The notes: generated from the sequence alone by a model not told the origin. 64,000 nt of DNA from Carcharhinus longimanus (GCA_030264375.1 JASCQW010000027.1:54015163-54079162), one strand, 5' to 3'. Shown: positions 25,120-37,860, counted from the stretch's first letter. Numbers and translations: made by a program.

Positions 25120-25940
25120 GGGCCCAATTTTACCAACAGGTTGCACCTGTTTTCGGGTGCAAAAACTTGGTAAAGTTGGACGTGAGGTGAGTAGTGCCCA
25201 AAATGGCTGCAATCGGCACTGCACCCGAAATGGGCACAACATCAAATTGACTTAATGGGCTGCGTGCCCAAACTTACCTGCATTTCCCCCTTTACTGTCG
25301 TGTTCACCTGTCCAGATTCGGCGCAATACAGACATGGTCTGCAAAGATCTGTTGCGGGTGCTCCAGCTTCTGAGGAGGTAAGTTCAGAGCTTCCAGCAGC
25401 TCTCTGACTTTGATTGGTAGGGGTGGAGGGAGCCGGGCCAGGTGGATCTCTGGTGGGGGAGGAGGAAGGAGGGAAGCGGGTCAGATCATTCTCTGGCGGG
25501 GTGGGGTCCAGGAGGAGGGAGGTGGGTCAGATCATTCTCAGGTGGGGGGGAGGAGGAGTGAGAAGGGCCAGATCGTTCTCTGGTGTAGCGGGGGAGGAGG
25601 GGGTCTGCTGCCACACTGCTTGCGATCGATGGGGGGAGATGGGGCAGGAGTCTGGGTAGTGGCGGGAGGGGGGGGAAGGATGGGTGGATATGGGGGACAA
25701 TTATGTGGCAGGGGAGAATTTTCTGTTTCTTTTACTGCGCATTCCCAGTTGAAGGCTCTGATCAGAGCAGCAGATTTTTGGGTGCAATAAGCCCCACCCA
25801 CAAGCTTCTGCAGCGTGATTCAGATTCACTGCTATTTTTTCAGGCAGGGTGCATATGAGGCACCTGAGAACAGGTTTACAAGTCGGATCTGAATCACACC
25901 CAGATTCAGCACTTAGAATCAAAATGGTGAAACCAGGCCC
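25120..25940. mobile_element. Non-autonomous DNA transposon with terminal inverted repeats (Harbinger-like)
   Basis: Left GGGCCCAATTTTACCA versus the reverse complement of the right end, GGGCCTGGTTTCACCA (12/16). The interior is G-rich and tandemly repeated. Confidence 0.6.
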
Positions 25941-28784
25941 CATGAACTGTGTTCACGCTATGGTTTTATGTGAAATGATTTGGGGTGCCTTTAGCAAATG
26001 TGATAAAACACTTTGGAAATGCACATACTTTCTTTGGCATTTTCAGGAAGGTAGCTGGTCTGAAAGCTACATATTGCACCAGTACTCCTTCCGGGGATAA
26101 AGTGGCTAACTCCTCCAATCTTCACCAAGTCCTATTACATTTGACTTATAGGTTCTACAAATGAAGACACAGAAATGTGCACAAAACATAACAGCTCTGT
26201 TTGTAGCGATTTAAAATTGAATTGTACAGAAATACACACACAACTAGAGGGTCTGGTGAGAAGGTAAATCTCTTAGCACTCTTAAGTAATTACAGCAATT
26301 ATCTTGCTTTCACATTATGGTCATTTACATGCTAGCAACATAAAATGATGTCTGCCCACAACCCCCAAGGAATAAGCTTGTGGTTCTGTTCCATTCTATA
26401 CACACACTGAGCTGTCAAACACACAGACAGTGAGTTTGTCTGCCATTAATATCCAGATATCCTTTCTTTTATCAAATTCAAAACAAATGAACTGTACTAA
26501 CCAACCGGGAGAGAGATACTGTTAATGTTAAAATGTTAAAAATCTTAAAAACACTGACTTTTCTTTAATTAAAATTTAATTAATTAAAAATATGGAATGC
26601 GTGGTAGGTGAAACTGCTTTTTTCTCAGACTTTGTGAAGGACCTTGNNNNNNNNNNNNNNNNNNNNNNNNNNNNNNNNNNNNNNNNNNNNNCACACCACT
26701 GTTATGAATGGTAAGACTGCCTTTTGCATGTTTTGTTCTTGGTCCTTAATTGTTGAAGTGACATTAGATTGGAACACAATCACTAGTGAGTCCTGTTTGT
26801 ATCCGTGATGATGCTAAACAAATCATGTGTCACTTCCATACTTACTGATACTGCAAGGTCAGAAATTGCATTTTTTTTTATTGCAGGCGTAGGAAGTGTG
26901 GCATTGTTGAATTGTGTATGAAATTTGCATCCAAGTTACCATTTTGTTTCCCATTAAGGAGAATGAAAAGAATGAATACTGGAAAGCAGACAGCAATCAA
27001 CATCTGAAGAAAAAGATTGGTAAACTTTTTTTAGTGTGAGCCCCATAACAGAAAATAAGAGAAAATGTTGGCAGGGAAGAGGGTAGTGGGGTTAGCGGGT
27101 TGCAAAATTTGTCTAAGCTAACAGTGTGAAATGGGCTCAAAGCAAATCAGCATGCAATTTTTCACCGTTGATTTAGAAAATATTGCCAAGGTTATTAAAT
27201 TCAAAGCAAGTAAAAAGTGTTTGAAAAAGTTGTTGCCAGTCCACTACAAGTCCATTTTGTGCTGCTGGCGTAGAACAAGAGTATTCCACATCCTTGATTT
27301 TATAGAAAAGGAAAGGACTTAGTTTATCTTCTGTGAGAACACCTATGAAGGAGCGCTTCTTTAAACCACAGGTTTTAATCAAATAATGATGTCAATTAAA
27401 TTTTAATTGAAACTTCAGTCACTATATTGTACAATTAGTTAATGGACAGCTTAATAATCTGATGCATCTACCTTTACAAAGTACATTTTTTTCGTTCTTC
27501 AATCTCAGATGGTAAGATTTTCTTTTAGAATTCAAGGGTAAGGTCCATAAGAAAAAGACTTGAGTCAAGGCCAGACTCGAAGCAATACAAGTACAAAGAA
27601 GCGAAGCTTCTATAGTCATGTAATGCTGAAGCAGTTGACAGGGTGGGATTGTTAAGCTTTAGTCAGATAAAAGCTTCAGCTTGAGAAGACAGTCCTGGCA
27701 GTATAAGGTGAGGAATTCCGTTTTTTCCTTTTAATTTTACAACAGTTTTATTTGTAGTGAGTAACATAAGTAACAAAACAAACTATGAACACAATTTATT
27801 TGCTAAATCACAATACAATAAATTTTAGACTCTGGGAATTATTTTGTGAAGGATTGCTGTTTAAATTGTAGGTTCATGTATTTAGAAATGGTTATAAAGT
27901 GCCTGTGTCAAAATGAATAGAATAAAAATCCCCTTGTGCAATTGCATTTGGAAGCCTTGAAGTGCTTGTATGAAATTCTACAGTCCAGTGTTTAAATGAA
28001 GTCACCCTATTTAAAGTAAATTAACACCTTGAACGTACGCTACACAAAAAAAAGCCAACGTGTAATGATGTTTTTGGATTCTTCACAAAGTGACTTTACG
28101 CCGTGATTGATTAACATTTTAACATTGAAATCTCACTTGCAATGATTGTGGTTTAATTCTTAAAGGAGACATATTGAAATTGGAAACACTTAACCTGAGA
28201 TAAGTTGTGGTCAATTCATGCTTTTTTGTAAATTAATTTGTCGTTGTTGTGTTCTCCTTTTGGGGGGCAATGTTCATTCATCTCAGAGCAGGAGGCATCC
28301 TTGAGTAATGCAGGGGTGGGATCCTGCAGGGAAAACAACAAAAGCCTTAATTATTGTTTGGTTCCAAATGAGCTCCTTGTTTCAAAGATTTAAAAATCAC
28401 TTATTTTTATGATAGGTTTCTTCCAGTTTTCTCCTTTCATTCGTTTAATGCACTGGCTCATTCCACAGCAATCAAAGTTTGCCTTCATGTGTTGTTCAGA
28501 AAATCCCAACCCAGCCTGACTCCTTGCCCCAGCTTCAATATGTGCACATTTTTCAGTGGGACTCATTGAAAAGTGATAAGGAGCGATGACTAATTTTCCC
28601 CAAATGAAACTCTCAGAAGTGCTCAGCCCTTAATTCAGAGCAGGCTGGGAATTGAAATGTGGGCAATGCAGACCAATGAAATGTACCTTCTGAGCTACTG
28701 TTTGAGCTCAAACTTGCTCATTTTAATAGTCCCATTTACAGGATTCCCTAGTGTAGCCCTATATATCCTCAGTTTCAGCAGCTA

Positions 28785-29090
28785 AGTTCAAGGTAGCTCA
28801 CCATCACCTTCCCAGGGGCAGTTAGGGATGGGCAATGAATGCTGGCTTAGCCAGTGATGCCCCCATCACTGTAAAAAAAAACAAAAAAGACTCTGCACTG
28901 GAACTGTCTCTCCAAAAAACTGTTGAAGTTAGGTCAACTGAAAAGTTCAAAACTGAGGTCAGAAGATTTTTATTAGGCAAGTGTTTTAAGGATTTAGAAG
29001 CGAGGTGGCTAAATAGAGTTAAGGGGCAGATCTAGCCATGATTGAGTACACTGTAGAGGATGAATTTTTGCTTTTATTCCTGTGTCCCTA
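28785..29090 (+). mobile_element. LINE 3' end (28785-28885) followed by old CR1 3' end
   Basis: aaggtagctcaccatcaccttcccaggggcagttagggatgggcaatgaatgctggcttagccagtgatgccc+A-tail is followed by LSLQKTVEVRSTEKFKTEVRRFL. Confidence 0.7.
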
Positions 29091-30239
29091 AAAATTGAGA
29101 CAGGTTGAAAAAATGACCACAATCATTTCACAAACAACCCACTGATACCATTATTATAGAGCCAAGGTCAAAATGATTCTGTAGCTCTATGTCAGTCCAG
29201 CAACTTTCCGTTTCTGAAATGGATGAGTGCAGAATTTCATTGATGAGTGCATGATTGTGATTATTTTGGCAACAACTTCCATTAAAAATAATTAGCTGCC
29301 AGTTGTCTAAGGCCATAAGCCTTTACAATTTGCAGCACTGCCTCGAATCTATAGATCTTCTGTTTTTTTCAAGAATTAGCTCTCATTCTTCATTTCAAAA
29401 CTGTACACTTCTTTTCAAATTCAAGCTTGAGCTACCCGTAATAAAGGTTTGACTCAAGGCCAAACTGAATGTCAATACCGATCGGAGCCAAAAGCCTGTG
29501 CAGTCATGTACTGCTGAAGTAATTTACAGTGTAAGGTTATTAAACTTTATTCAGATAAATGTTCCAGTTTAATGGAAGACAAATTTGATTTTAACAGATT
29601 TTTTTTTCAAGCAAATGTACAAAATATCAAAAGCCCCACACTCCAGAGAAACATTGGTGCCAGTCCAAAGGGCAATATTAAGCTCAAGACAGCTAAATAA
29701 GAGCAGCTTTGATAAATAATGCATGTATAATTTCACAAAGAGGAAACTAAAGTAGGGCACTTATTCGAGAATTTGGTATTGGCTTGAAGCAAAGACCATG
29801 ATTGTTCCCATGTGAAAAGTGCATTGATCAATAATAATAAACTGTGTGCAGCTAAATAATTCATAGACATTTTCTGTATGCTCAAAAGAAATGGTTTTTG
29901 ATAACAAGAGAAGGAAACTGAAAAAAACATGCCAGAGTCATTAAAAAAGAAATCTACATTAAATTCAAATGCTTCAACATTAATAGCTCTATTTTATTAT
30001 ATTTCAACTTGACTCATTTTATGCATATTAAAGTTATTGTTGGAAAAAAGATTTATCCATACCTGTAGATCTATATTTTTAATATTTGAATTTTGAAATT
30101 ACCTTCTTTTTAGCTCACTAACTTTGCTGTATTAAAACTAGACTTTCAGTTTTAATTAATAAACCATAAATAACCTCTTCACAATTTGAAATATGGCATT
30201 TCTATTGGGCTCATCACTGACAGGAAAATATCAGAAAAA

Positions 30240-30560
30240 AAATCACAGAATTGTTATGGAGCAGAAGGAGGCCATTTGGCCCATTGTGTCTACACTGGCT
30301 CTCCAAATGAGCACCATGATTTAGTGCCATTCCCTTGGTTTTTCCCTGTAACCTGTGCATTGTTTCTATTCAAAGTAATCACCTTATGTCCTTTGAATGT
30401 CTCAATTGAATATACCTCCACTAAACTTCCAGGCTGTGCATTTCAGACCCGAACCACTTTTTGTGTGGTTACTTTAATTACTTTACTTTACTTTTGTTAT
30501 TGACTTTTTAGAAAGGGAGCATTTTCATCCGATCTACTCTATCCAGTCCCCTGGTGATTT
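30240..30560 (-). mobile_element. CR1 LINE 3' end
   Basis: aatcacagaattgttatggagcagaaggaggccatttggcccatt...aatgtctcaattgaatatacctccac. Confidence 0.75.
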
Positions 30561-30649
30561 TAATTGGAAAGGAGAAAAGAATAAACTACAGATATTCGCC
30601 CTTGATAGTTATGGTCTGATCTCAGAATGGTTGCTAGATGGGGAGAGGG

Positions 30650-30650
<1 letters not shown>

Positions 30651-30686
<36 letters not shown>
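30651..30686. repeat. (CT)n microsatellite
   Basis: About 17 CT units. Confidence 0.95.
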
Positions 30687-30687
<1 letters not shown>

Positions 30688-32144
30688 GGGGAATAGAAAA
30701 TAAGTTAGAGGTGAAGAAATGATCTGGTACAATAATAGTAAAATACTGTTGCTGCTATTTGAGTTAGTGATGGCAACATTGGAGGAAGACCCAACCTATG
30801 AGGGAGAGAAGTGCAAGCTGAGTCAAAGAGAAGAACAACAAATAAGAGGTCTTACCTGAATTGACTAATATTGAAGGACTGTTAGGGTCAGTGAACAAAA
30901 AGTCATCTGGTACCCATTTTGTGGTAGGCAGTAGCTGTAATAGTAACTGCCCACTCCTGGAGACAAAGTTCCTTTTGCAATGCAGAAAGGTAAACTGTCT
31001 GCTTTCTGATTCTATAGTTGCAGTCTTTCTTTCATTCATGACTCTAATGGTGCTGTAGGGTGTACTTTGAACCTTTGATCCCTTTTCCACACTAGATTAT
31101 TTGCTACTTACAGATGTCTTTTCTTGCTTTCTACCCTAGCTATAATGTTAAGGGGAGCAAACATCCTCCTCTTAAGAGCAGAACTCCACTGGGATAAGAA
31201 TCCTGCAGCATCCCTTATACCACCTCAATCTCAATGTGTTATGTCAGGGTTCATGTATCTATGTTGGGGTCTGGGCAGGATTGATTCCATAAAGAGGAAG
31301 GGCACCATTGTGAGGAAGGGACACCCAAAGGGAACACTACTGCAGCACCATATAATGCTAGCAAATACATTTAATGGGGAAAAAAGACCACTGAAACCCT
31401 TGTGGAGACTGTATCTTTAACAGGTATGTCACTGGGGTAAGAATGGAAAGAGACAAGGCAACTACTAGACTCTTTACCCCATGAGTATGTCTCAGGAAGT
31501 TCTGAACCACTTACTGTCACTGGCCATATTGTGGTTCTGGAAAGTGGTGGAATCTTCATGGAAAAAAGGAAAATCCACAACTTTCACAATACTTTTGCAC
31601 AAAGTGGATAGGTAGTGTCGATGTCAGAAAGGGTGTGGAGCTGGAGCAGGGAAACCTCTGTTGGAATCATGAGGTGCTTTAACATTCTCTAAGGAATCAT
31701 CTGAGGTTTTCTGTCCAGTTGTCGGGTCACAAGATGGATGATGTCTCGAATTCAAACTGTCTTTTATCAAATTGGGTTAAATTTGAATTCCTTATCATAC
31801 ATGTTTTGGGATGCTTACAAGTTACTGAATGAATGAATGAACCCCTTTATGCTGAATCATCAAGGAGATTAGCAGACAAAACAGCATGCAGTAACAGCTA
31901 TTAATTCGTAATTTAAAATTTAACATTGAATCTATCTACAAGTAGAAATAGTTAGGACCAGATAATAATTTACATCACAAACAATTGAAATGGCAAATTT
32001 CAGCTGCCTTTTTCCATTATCAGTTCCAGTTAGATCCACCTGATTGGAAGATGCAAATCTCCCTTCTGTATTCTTCAACTTCTTATGTTCAATGGACCAA
32101 TCTGATTGACATGTGTGTTCACCATTTGATATCAATTTATTTGA

Positions 32145-33611
32145 AGGCCAGGATTCTCCCAGAAAGATTCTAAGTTCCCAACGTGTGGGAAAAAGGGAGT
32201 AAACTCCTTACTAACTAGAGTGAATCTCTGACAATGTGAGCACTGTAGAGTGCCTCAGCAGGATTCATTCTGTAGGGAGCAAGGCCTATTCCCATGAGAG
32301 GCTGGCAGCAAAGCGCTGAGTGAGCCATTGCACATGTACCAATCTGTTAAAGTAGAAATCGCGCATGTATAGTGGACCAACTTGCCAGCCTCCCGATCAC
32401 TAGCCTTCCCTGCAACCCCCCTATTGCTGGCTTTGCTGAGCTACCCACCCCTTTATTCCTGGCCCCTGGACATCCCCTGGCCAGCCCCGACCTTCTTGAG
32501 CCCTCCCCCCGCCCCTGACAATCCNNNNNNNNNNNNNNNNNNNNNNNNNNNNNNNNNNNNNNNNNNNNNNNNNNNNNNNNNNNNNNNNNNNNNNNNNNNN
32601 NNNNNNNNNNNNNNNNNNNNNNNNCTTCTTGAGCCCTCACCCCGCCCCTGACAATCCCAGCCCCCCTCTTCCTCTCCCATTCTGTTGACCAGTCCAGACC
32701 TTCCCTGGCATCCCTCACTTCTTTTCTCTCTCAGTGACCCCACTTGCAGATGGCAACAGATCCCCCCCACCGTGCTGATTGACTCCCAGTAAGCCCTGCC
32801 CCCTTGGCACTGCCTGTGCCCCATGGGCGGTGCCAAAGTTCCTGGTGGCAGTGCCAGTTTGTCCCTTGGACAGTGCCATGGTGCCAGGCTGGCACTGCCC
32901 AAAGGGCACCCCATTATCCCTGACCTCCTGTATTGCCTTTGTTCCCTCCAGTGGGGTCGGACACCTGTTCCTCGTTAGGGGAGAGCAGTCATAAACACTG
33001 CTGGAAGGAACCACTCCTGATGGGGAACGGGGTGAGCAGGGGAGATGGTGGGGTGGGGACAAATTCCATCTCAGGCCCACTAATCATATGGGAATGTCAA
33101 TCTGAATGACATTTTCATATGGGAATCAACTCTGCACAGAGCTGATGTAGGGTGGTATTGTGGCACAGTGGTTAGCATTGCCAGAACCATAGGTTTTGTT
33201 CCTGGCTTGGGTGACTGTGTGGAGTCTGCATGTTCTCCTCATGCCTGCGAGGGTTTCCTTCAGGTGTTCCGGTTACCTCCCATAGTCTGAAAGATGTGCT
33301 GGTTAGGTGAATTGACCATGCTAATTTCTCTCTCAGTGTACCCGAACAGGCACCGGAGTGTGGTGACTAGGGGATTTTCACCCAGTAGCTTCATTGCAGT
33401 GTTAATATAAACCAAAAAACTTACCTTGTGAGGCACAAACTTTTATTATAATAGGCTCCACGCTTATTCCAATCAAATTATCCCATTTTCTATAGATAAC
33501 CTTCAATTCGCTGAGTGACGCTGAGTGTGAATCCCGCAAAACAGCTGCTGTTGATGTCTCCTGGCTCACTACACCACTAGAGCAGCACTGTAGGGTGGGA
33601 GAATCACTCCT
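32145..33611. mobile_element. Non-autonomous DNA transposon (Harbinger-like) carrying a nested V-SINE
   Basis: Termini aggccagGATTCTCCC ... GGGAGAATCactcct. The interior is homologous to 283-1420. Confidence 0.6.
33151..33410 (+). mobile_element. V-SINE (HE1-related head/body) with alternative 3' tail
   Basis: gtggcacagtggttagcattgcc head and V-domain gggtttccttcaggtgttccggttacctcccatagtc. The tail cccgaacaggcaccggagtgtggtgactaggggattttcac is unlike the CR1-type tail. Confidence 0.85.
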
Positions 33612-34849
33612 AAAATATCCTTTCAGCCAAAAAAGTGTGGGTGTTTTGTGGATGTAAGACTGTATATCCTTGTTTCACAATTCCTTTCTACTCCTTAATT
33701 TTTGTCCTTTTAAAGTGCCCCACCCAGTTATGAGGGAATGCAAGTTCTTTATATCTCGATAAGTGTCATTTGTATGCCTGTGACTCTTTGGCGCAGGTTT
33801 CCACACAGAGCCATATAAGCCTCGACACATTTATGTCGCTCCTCAGAATTATTTTCTTGGCTTAGTTTTCCAAATGGTTTTCTAATATTGGAAAGGAATG
33901 TTTTGTTCAGCTTTACAAACTTTATATTGGCTTAGAAAGTTTTATGGTTTGACTGCTAAACCCTACATTTTGGTTTAATCAGTTTTACCTCTCTGTCAGT
34001 TCCATGCTTTCAGTTAAATTATTGGCACAGATAGTGTTATCACTTTAAAGTAAACTCAATTTAGAAGTGTCTCCTTCTGCTGCAAGCAGGGACCTTTTAA
34101 GCAGAGTAAAAGGCACTTTTTCTTCAAGATCCTGAAGAATTGCATAGTCAAACTTGCCGGTGATGGAGATGTAGATGTACCGGTGGATGTACCAATTGGT
34201 TTTTCTGGATCTGCAGCAGCTTACCTGTCTGTACGTTTGACAGAACAAACACAAAAGTAGAAAATAGAATTTGCCTAATTCATATATTTTAAAACAGAAC
34301 TTTTAGTTTTAGGAATTGAAGGTCATCTATAGAAAATGGGATAATTTGATTGGAATAAGCTTGGAGCCTATTATAAATAAAAGTTTGAGACCTTGTTGCC
34401 TTAAGAGATTAACAGCTAGAAAGACAAGATCATAAAACTTACGAGCTGAAGAGCTATTGTCTGCAGTGCTTGCAAAAGCAAGGGCAATCCAGTGAGATGT
34501 TTTATTTTGGGAATTGCAGCTAAATCTGTTTAAAAGCATTCATTAGATCCTTGAAATGTTGTAGAACCCATTTTACTCCATCAGATCAAAGATTAAATTG
34601 TAAGTGAGAGATAATTAACCTAAAGTTCAGTTTGAGGACATTTTAAAGCAGTTTCTGTCATCATGGAGATTAGGGAAATGCCCTGGTTTTAATTTATCCA
34701 GTTGGCTGCTGAGAGAATAATGTGTAGTTTGGACCTTATGGGGTTTGAGAGAAGATAGCCAATGTAAATGGCAATTAGGTAGTCCTGCACTGTGAGTATT
34801 CATTGATTCAAAATTTCACACAGTATATTGCTGTCTTCAAAAAAAATGC

Positions 34850-36370
34850 CTAGGCTGGAGAATCAAAGCAGAAGGCTGGCACAGGAGAAATCCAATACAT
34901 CTTCTATGGGGACTTGGATCAGGTGGTTTTGTGGCAAATGTGCCTCCGTCATCATGGCATTGGCTTGATGAATAAAAATAGACAGTGGCTACGAGAACTT
35001 TGTACATTCCATCAACTGTGTTACCAACATTTTTTCACAGGGTAGACTTTGGCACAAGGTATCTTTGTACCATCTGAGATTAGGTCAGTGGCTTAATCTG
35101 GATCCTGTTAACAGTAGGGTGAAAGTGTAACAAAAGAAAATACACAAGTCCGAAAACAATGACATGCCACCCATCAACATTCCATGCACAACAGAGGAAT
35201 ACAAATACCAGAAGTATTCAGAAGCTCTCAGACAGACACTTTAACCTGAGTGCTTCAGAAGCCATCCAGAAGTTCTGATAGGCATCACAACTGTTATTGA
35301 CAGCAAAGTTCACTCCATGTTCAAGTTGTCATTTGCACTTTTGCCATGGCACAGAAGGTAAAACTGGTTATGCATATCGACCTAGTGTCGGCCAATCAAG
35401 TTTCCCTGAAAGCAATGATGTTGGTGCTGAATGTACACATCTCATGGTCAATCAGTGCTGTCCTGCACATTACCTGTTGACTGCAAATCCTCATGCATGC
35501 TAGTTCAGATGTTCCAGATTCAAGCCAGGGAATGTTCACCTTTTGTTCCACAGATACCCATTTACCATCTGCTTGTCACAATCCCCAATTTTCTCACACA
35601 TGGAGAAAGGCAGAGGTTGTCAAGTCAGTACTTTATTGTCTGGGGGGCTACACAGCTTGAGGGGTGGCAGTGGAATGTGTTAAATCTTCTGACCCATGGA
35701 GACAACCTATGGTGCCTTTCCCTTATGCCAATCAAGATGGGTTTATAACCCTTAAACTCCTAACTCCCATGTTGGTCCTTTCACTGGTAAGAGTAAGGAT
35801 GAAGTATCTTATTCATCCTTTTTTTAAGGATAAAGTCTCCTCTCTATTTGTACTTCGGTTGCATAACTGTTGCAGGATTTGGCAGACTTGGCCAGCATCT
35901 AAAACTCCCTCTCAACCTTATAGCTGGAATCCAGAGGAAGAGTGGCAGCCATTACATCTGGAGCCCACTGAGTTGCAGGAGTTGCCAGAAGGTGCTTGGT
36001 CAAAGGCAGGTTAGCTACCTATAGGGCTCAGTTCCACTAACTTTGACTCTCTACAGCCAGACCCAAATTGTAGCAAAGTTGGGACCTGGTTGATGGATGA
36101 CAAGGCGTGTTCACATGCTGGTGAGCCTCTGCATCACATTTCTGGGGGCCAAGCTTCCTCCTAGATCCCCTCCAGTTTAGCCAGGGGCCGTAGTGTGCCT
36201 AGTTGCCATATGTCTTTGCAAATAGGCAGTATGCAGGTCTTGGTGATGCAGAGGCTGGGAGACAAATGCACTCAGCTCCCTCTCCACAGTAAGCAGGCCA
36301 GCAGCACAGTATCATGCAATTCTACTTGGTGCATTACATCACTCTGGCAAAATCACTGGTACACTCTTAA
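34850..36370 (-). mobile_element. RTE-clade LINE 5' relic (UTR + endonuclease)
   Basis: Minus strand reads RTALIDHEMCTFSTNIIAFRET*LADTRSI..SFTF...EHGVNFAVNN, the RTE endonuclease N-terminus (DIAALQETRL, HGVGFAV). Confidence 0.7.
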
Positions 36371-36429
36371 AACAGAGACTGTTAAAAACCATTGCCATTT
36401 TGCAACTTTGAAAGGATTTTTGGATAAAA

Positions 36430-36558
36430 GGAAAAATCTGTGGATACTGGAAATCTGAAATAAAAGCAGAAACTGATAGAAATACTCAGCAGGTCTGGCA
36501 TCATCTGTAGAAAAGATACAGGATTAAATTTCAGGCCTGTGACCTTTCGTCAGAATTG
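36430..36558 (-). mobile_element. Penelope-like terminal repeat with minimal hammerhead core
   Basis: Minus strand reads CTGACGA-a-AGGTC-aca-GGCCT-GAAA. The family is shared with 37658-37860, 48063-48245 and 48595-48687. Confidence 0.6.
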
Positions 36559-37657
36559 AATATTTGGAGTTTGATGTGAAGTGTTTTTGACTGTCAACAA
36601 AGAAAGGAATCTATGAAATATCCTCAATGGAGTTTAACAGTTCAGTATTTTATTGAACGATCATATAAAGTTACATCTTAATTCAGTACAACAATTAACT
36701 CCTTATGTATTCTAAAGTAAAGATGTTAGGAGTGTAAAATTCTGACAAATACAATGGTGCTACAAACCAACACATCATCTTTCCTAATTATAGGTTTGGG
36801 GGATTATAGAGAAAATTTTAAATGATTGTTATAAGCATTTGGGATTCAAGATTCTTGCGGGCAGGATTTTCCATAGGGAGAGACCGTCTCCTTCACTTAC
36901 TGCCAAACCTCCACTCACACCCTGCATTCTATGACTCCTATCCCTACTGGTGTCTGGATCCCATGGTGATCTTTGGCCTCTCCATGGGTACATTATCGAT
37001 AAATGCCACAGCTCAGGATGGTGCTTGAATGGTCAGCTGTCAGCCTCTAACTGACCGGCAGCTCTCATGAGGTGGGATTTCTCCCTCGGGGTCCTTGGTT
37101 CCAGAGAAGGGCCATTACTGGCCAATCAAGTGCCTGTTTGGCATTTAATTCCTTCGTGGGCTTTTCCGAGTTCCCCAGCCAACAAGCGAGACCCTCCCTT
37201 TGCCTTGATTAGATATTTCCTGCTTTGGCATTAGGCTGTTAACTTACAAAGCATAAAGAACGGTTTGTGCCAAGGAGAGGTCAAATTGTATTTCAGCTGA
37301 TTTTCATTTGTGATATTGGGCTGGAGCTTACCTTCAGTGTATTTGATTTTTGTAAACAGGTATGCAGCAGACTCTTGTGTATAATATATCTTCATAGATG
37401 TTGCATTAAAGTGGTGGGCTGCTCTACCCACTCCTGCTTCTGCCTTTGTAAAGATTACAGCTGATTGAAGCTCAGAAGATTTCAGTTGAGTCTAATTGGT
37501 GGGGCAAAACAGCATATATTGTGAAAACTGTAAAAGGATTAGCATTTTTCAGTTCACAGAAGCATGGGAACTAAGAAACAGTTTTATTGTTCCTCTGGTG
37601 ATTATCTTTTCCAAATATGCAACTTAAAATATCTGAGGGAAACTACTTGAAAAATAT

Positions 37658-37860
37658 GGTCTGACAGCATCTGTGGAGAGAGAATAGAGCCGATGATTTG
37701 AGTCTGGATGACCATTTGTCAGAGCGGCTCCGATGAAGGGTCATCCAGATTTGAAATGTTAGCTCTATTCTCTCTCCATTGATGCTATCAGACCTGCTGA
37801 GATTTTCCAGCATTTTTCTGATTTTGTTTCACATTCCAGCATCTGTAGTATTTTGTTTTT
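37658..37860. mobile_element. Penelope-like terminal repeat in inverted (fold-back) arrangement
   Basis: 68-nt arms 37658-37725 and 37727-37794 match at 53/68 as an inverted repeat. The right arm has a decayed hammerhead core CCGATGA...GAAATGTT. Confidence 0.7.
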
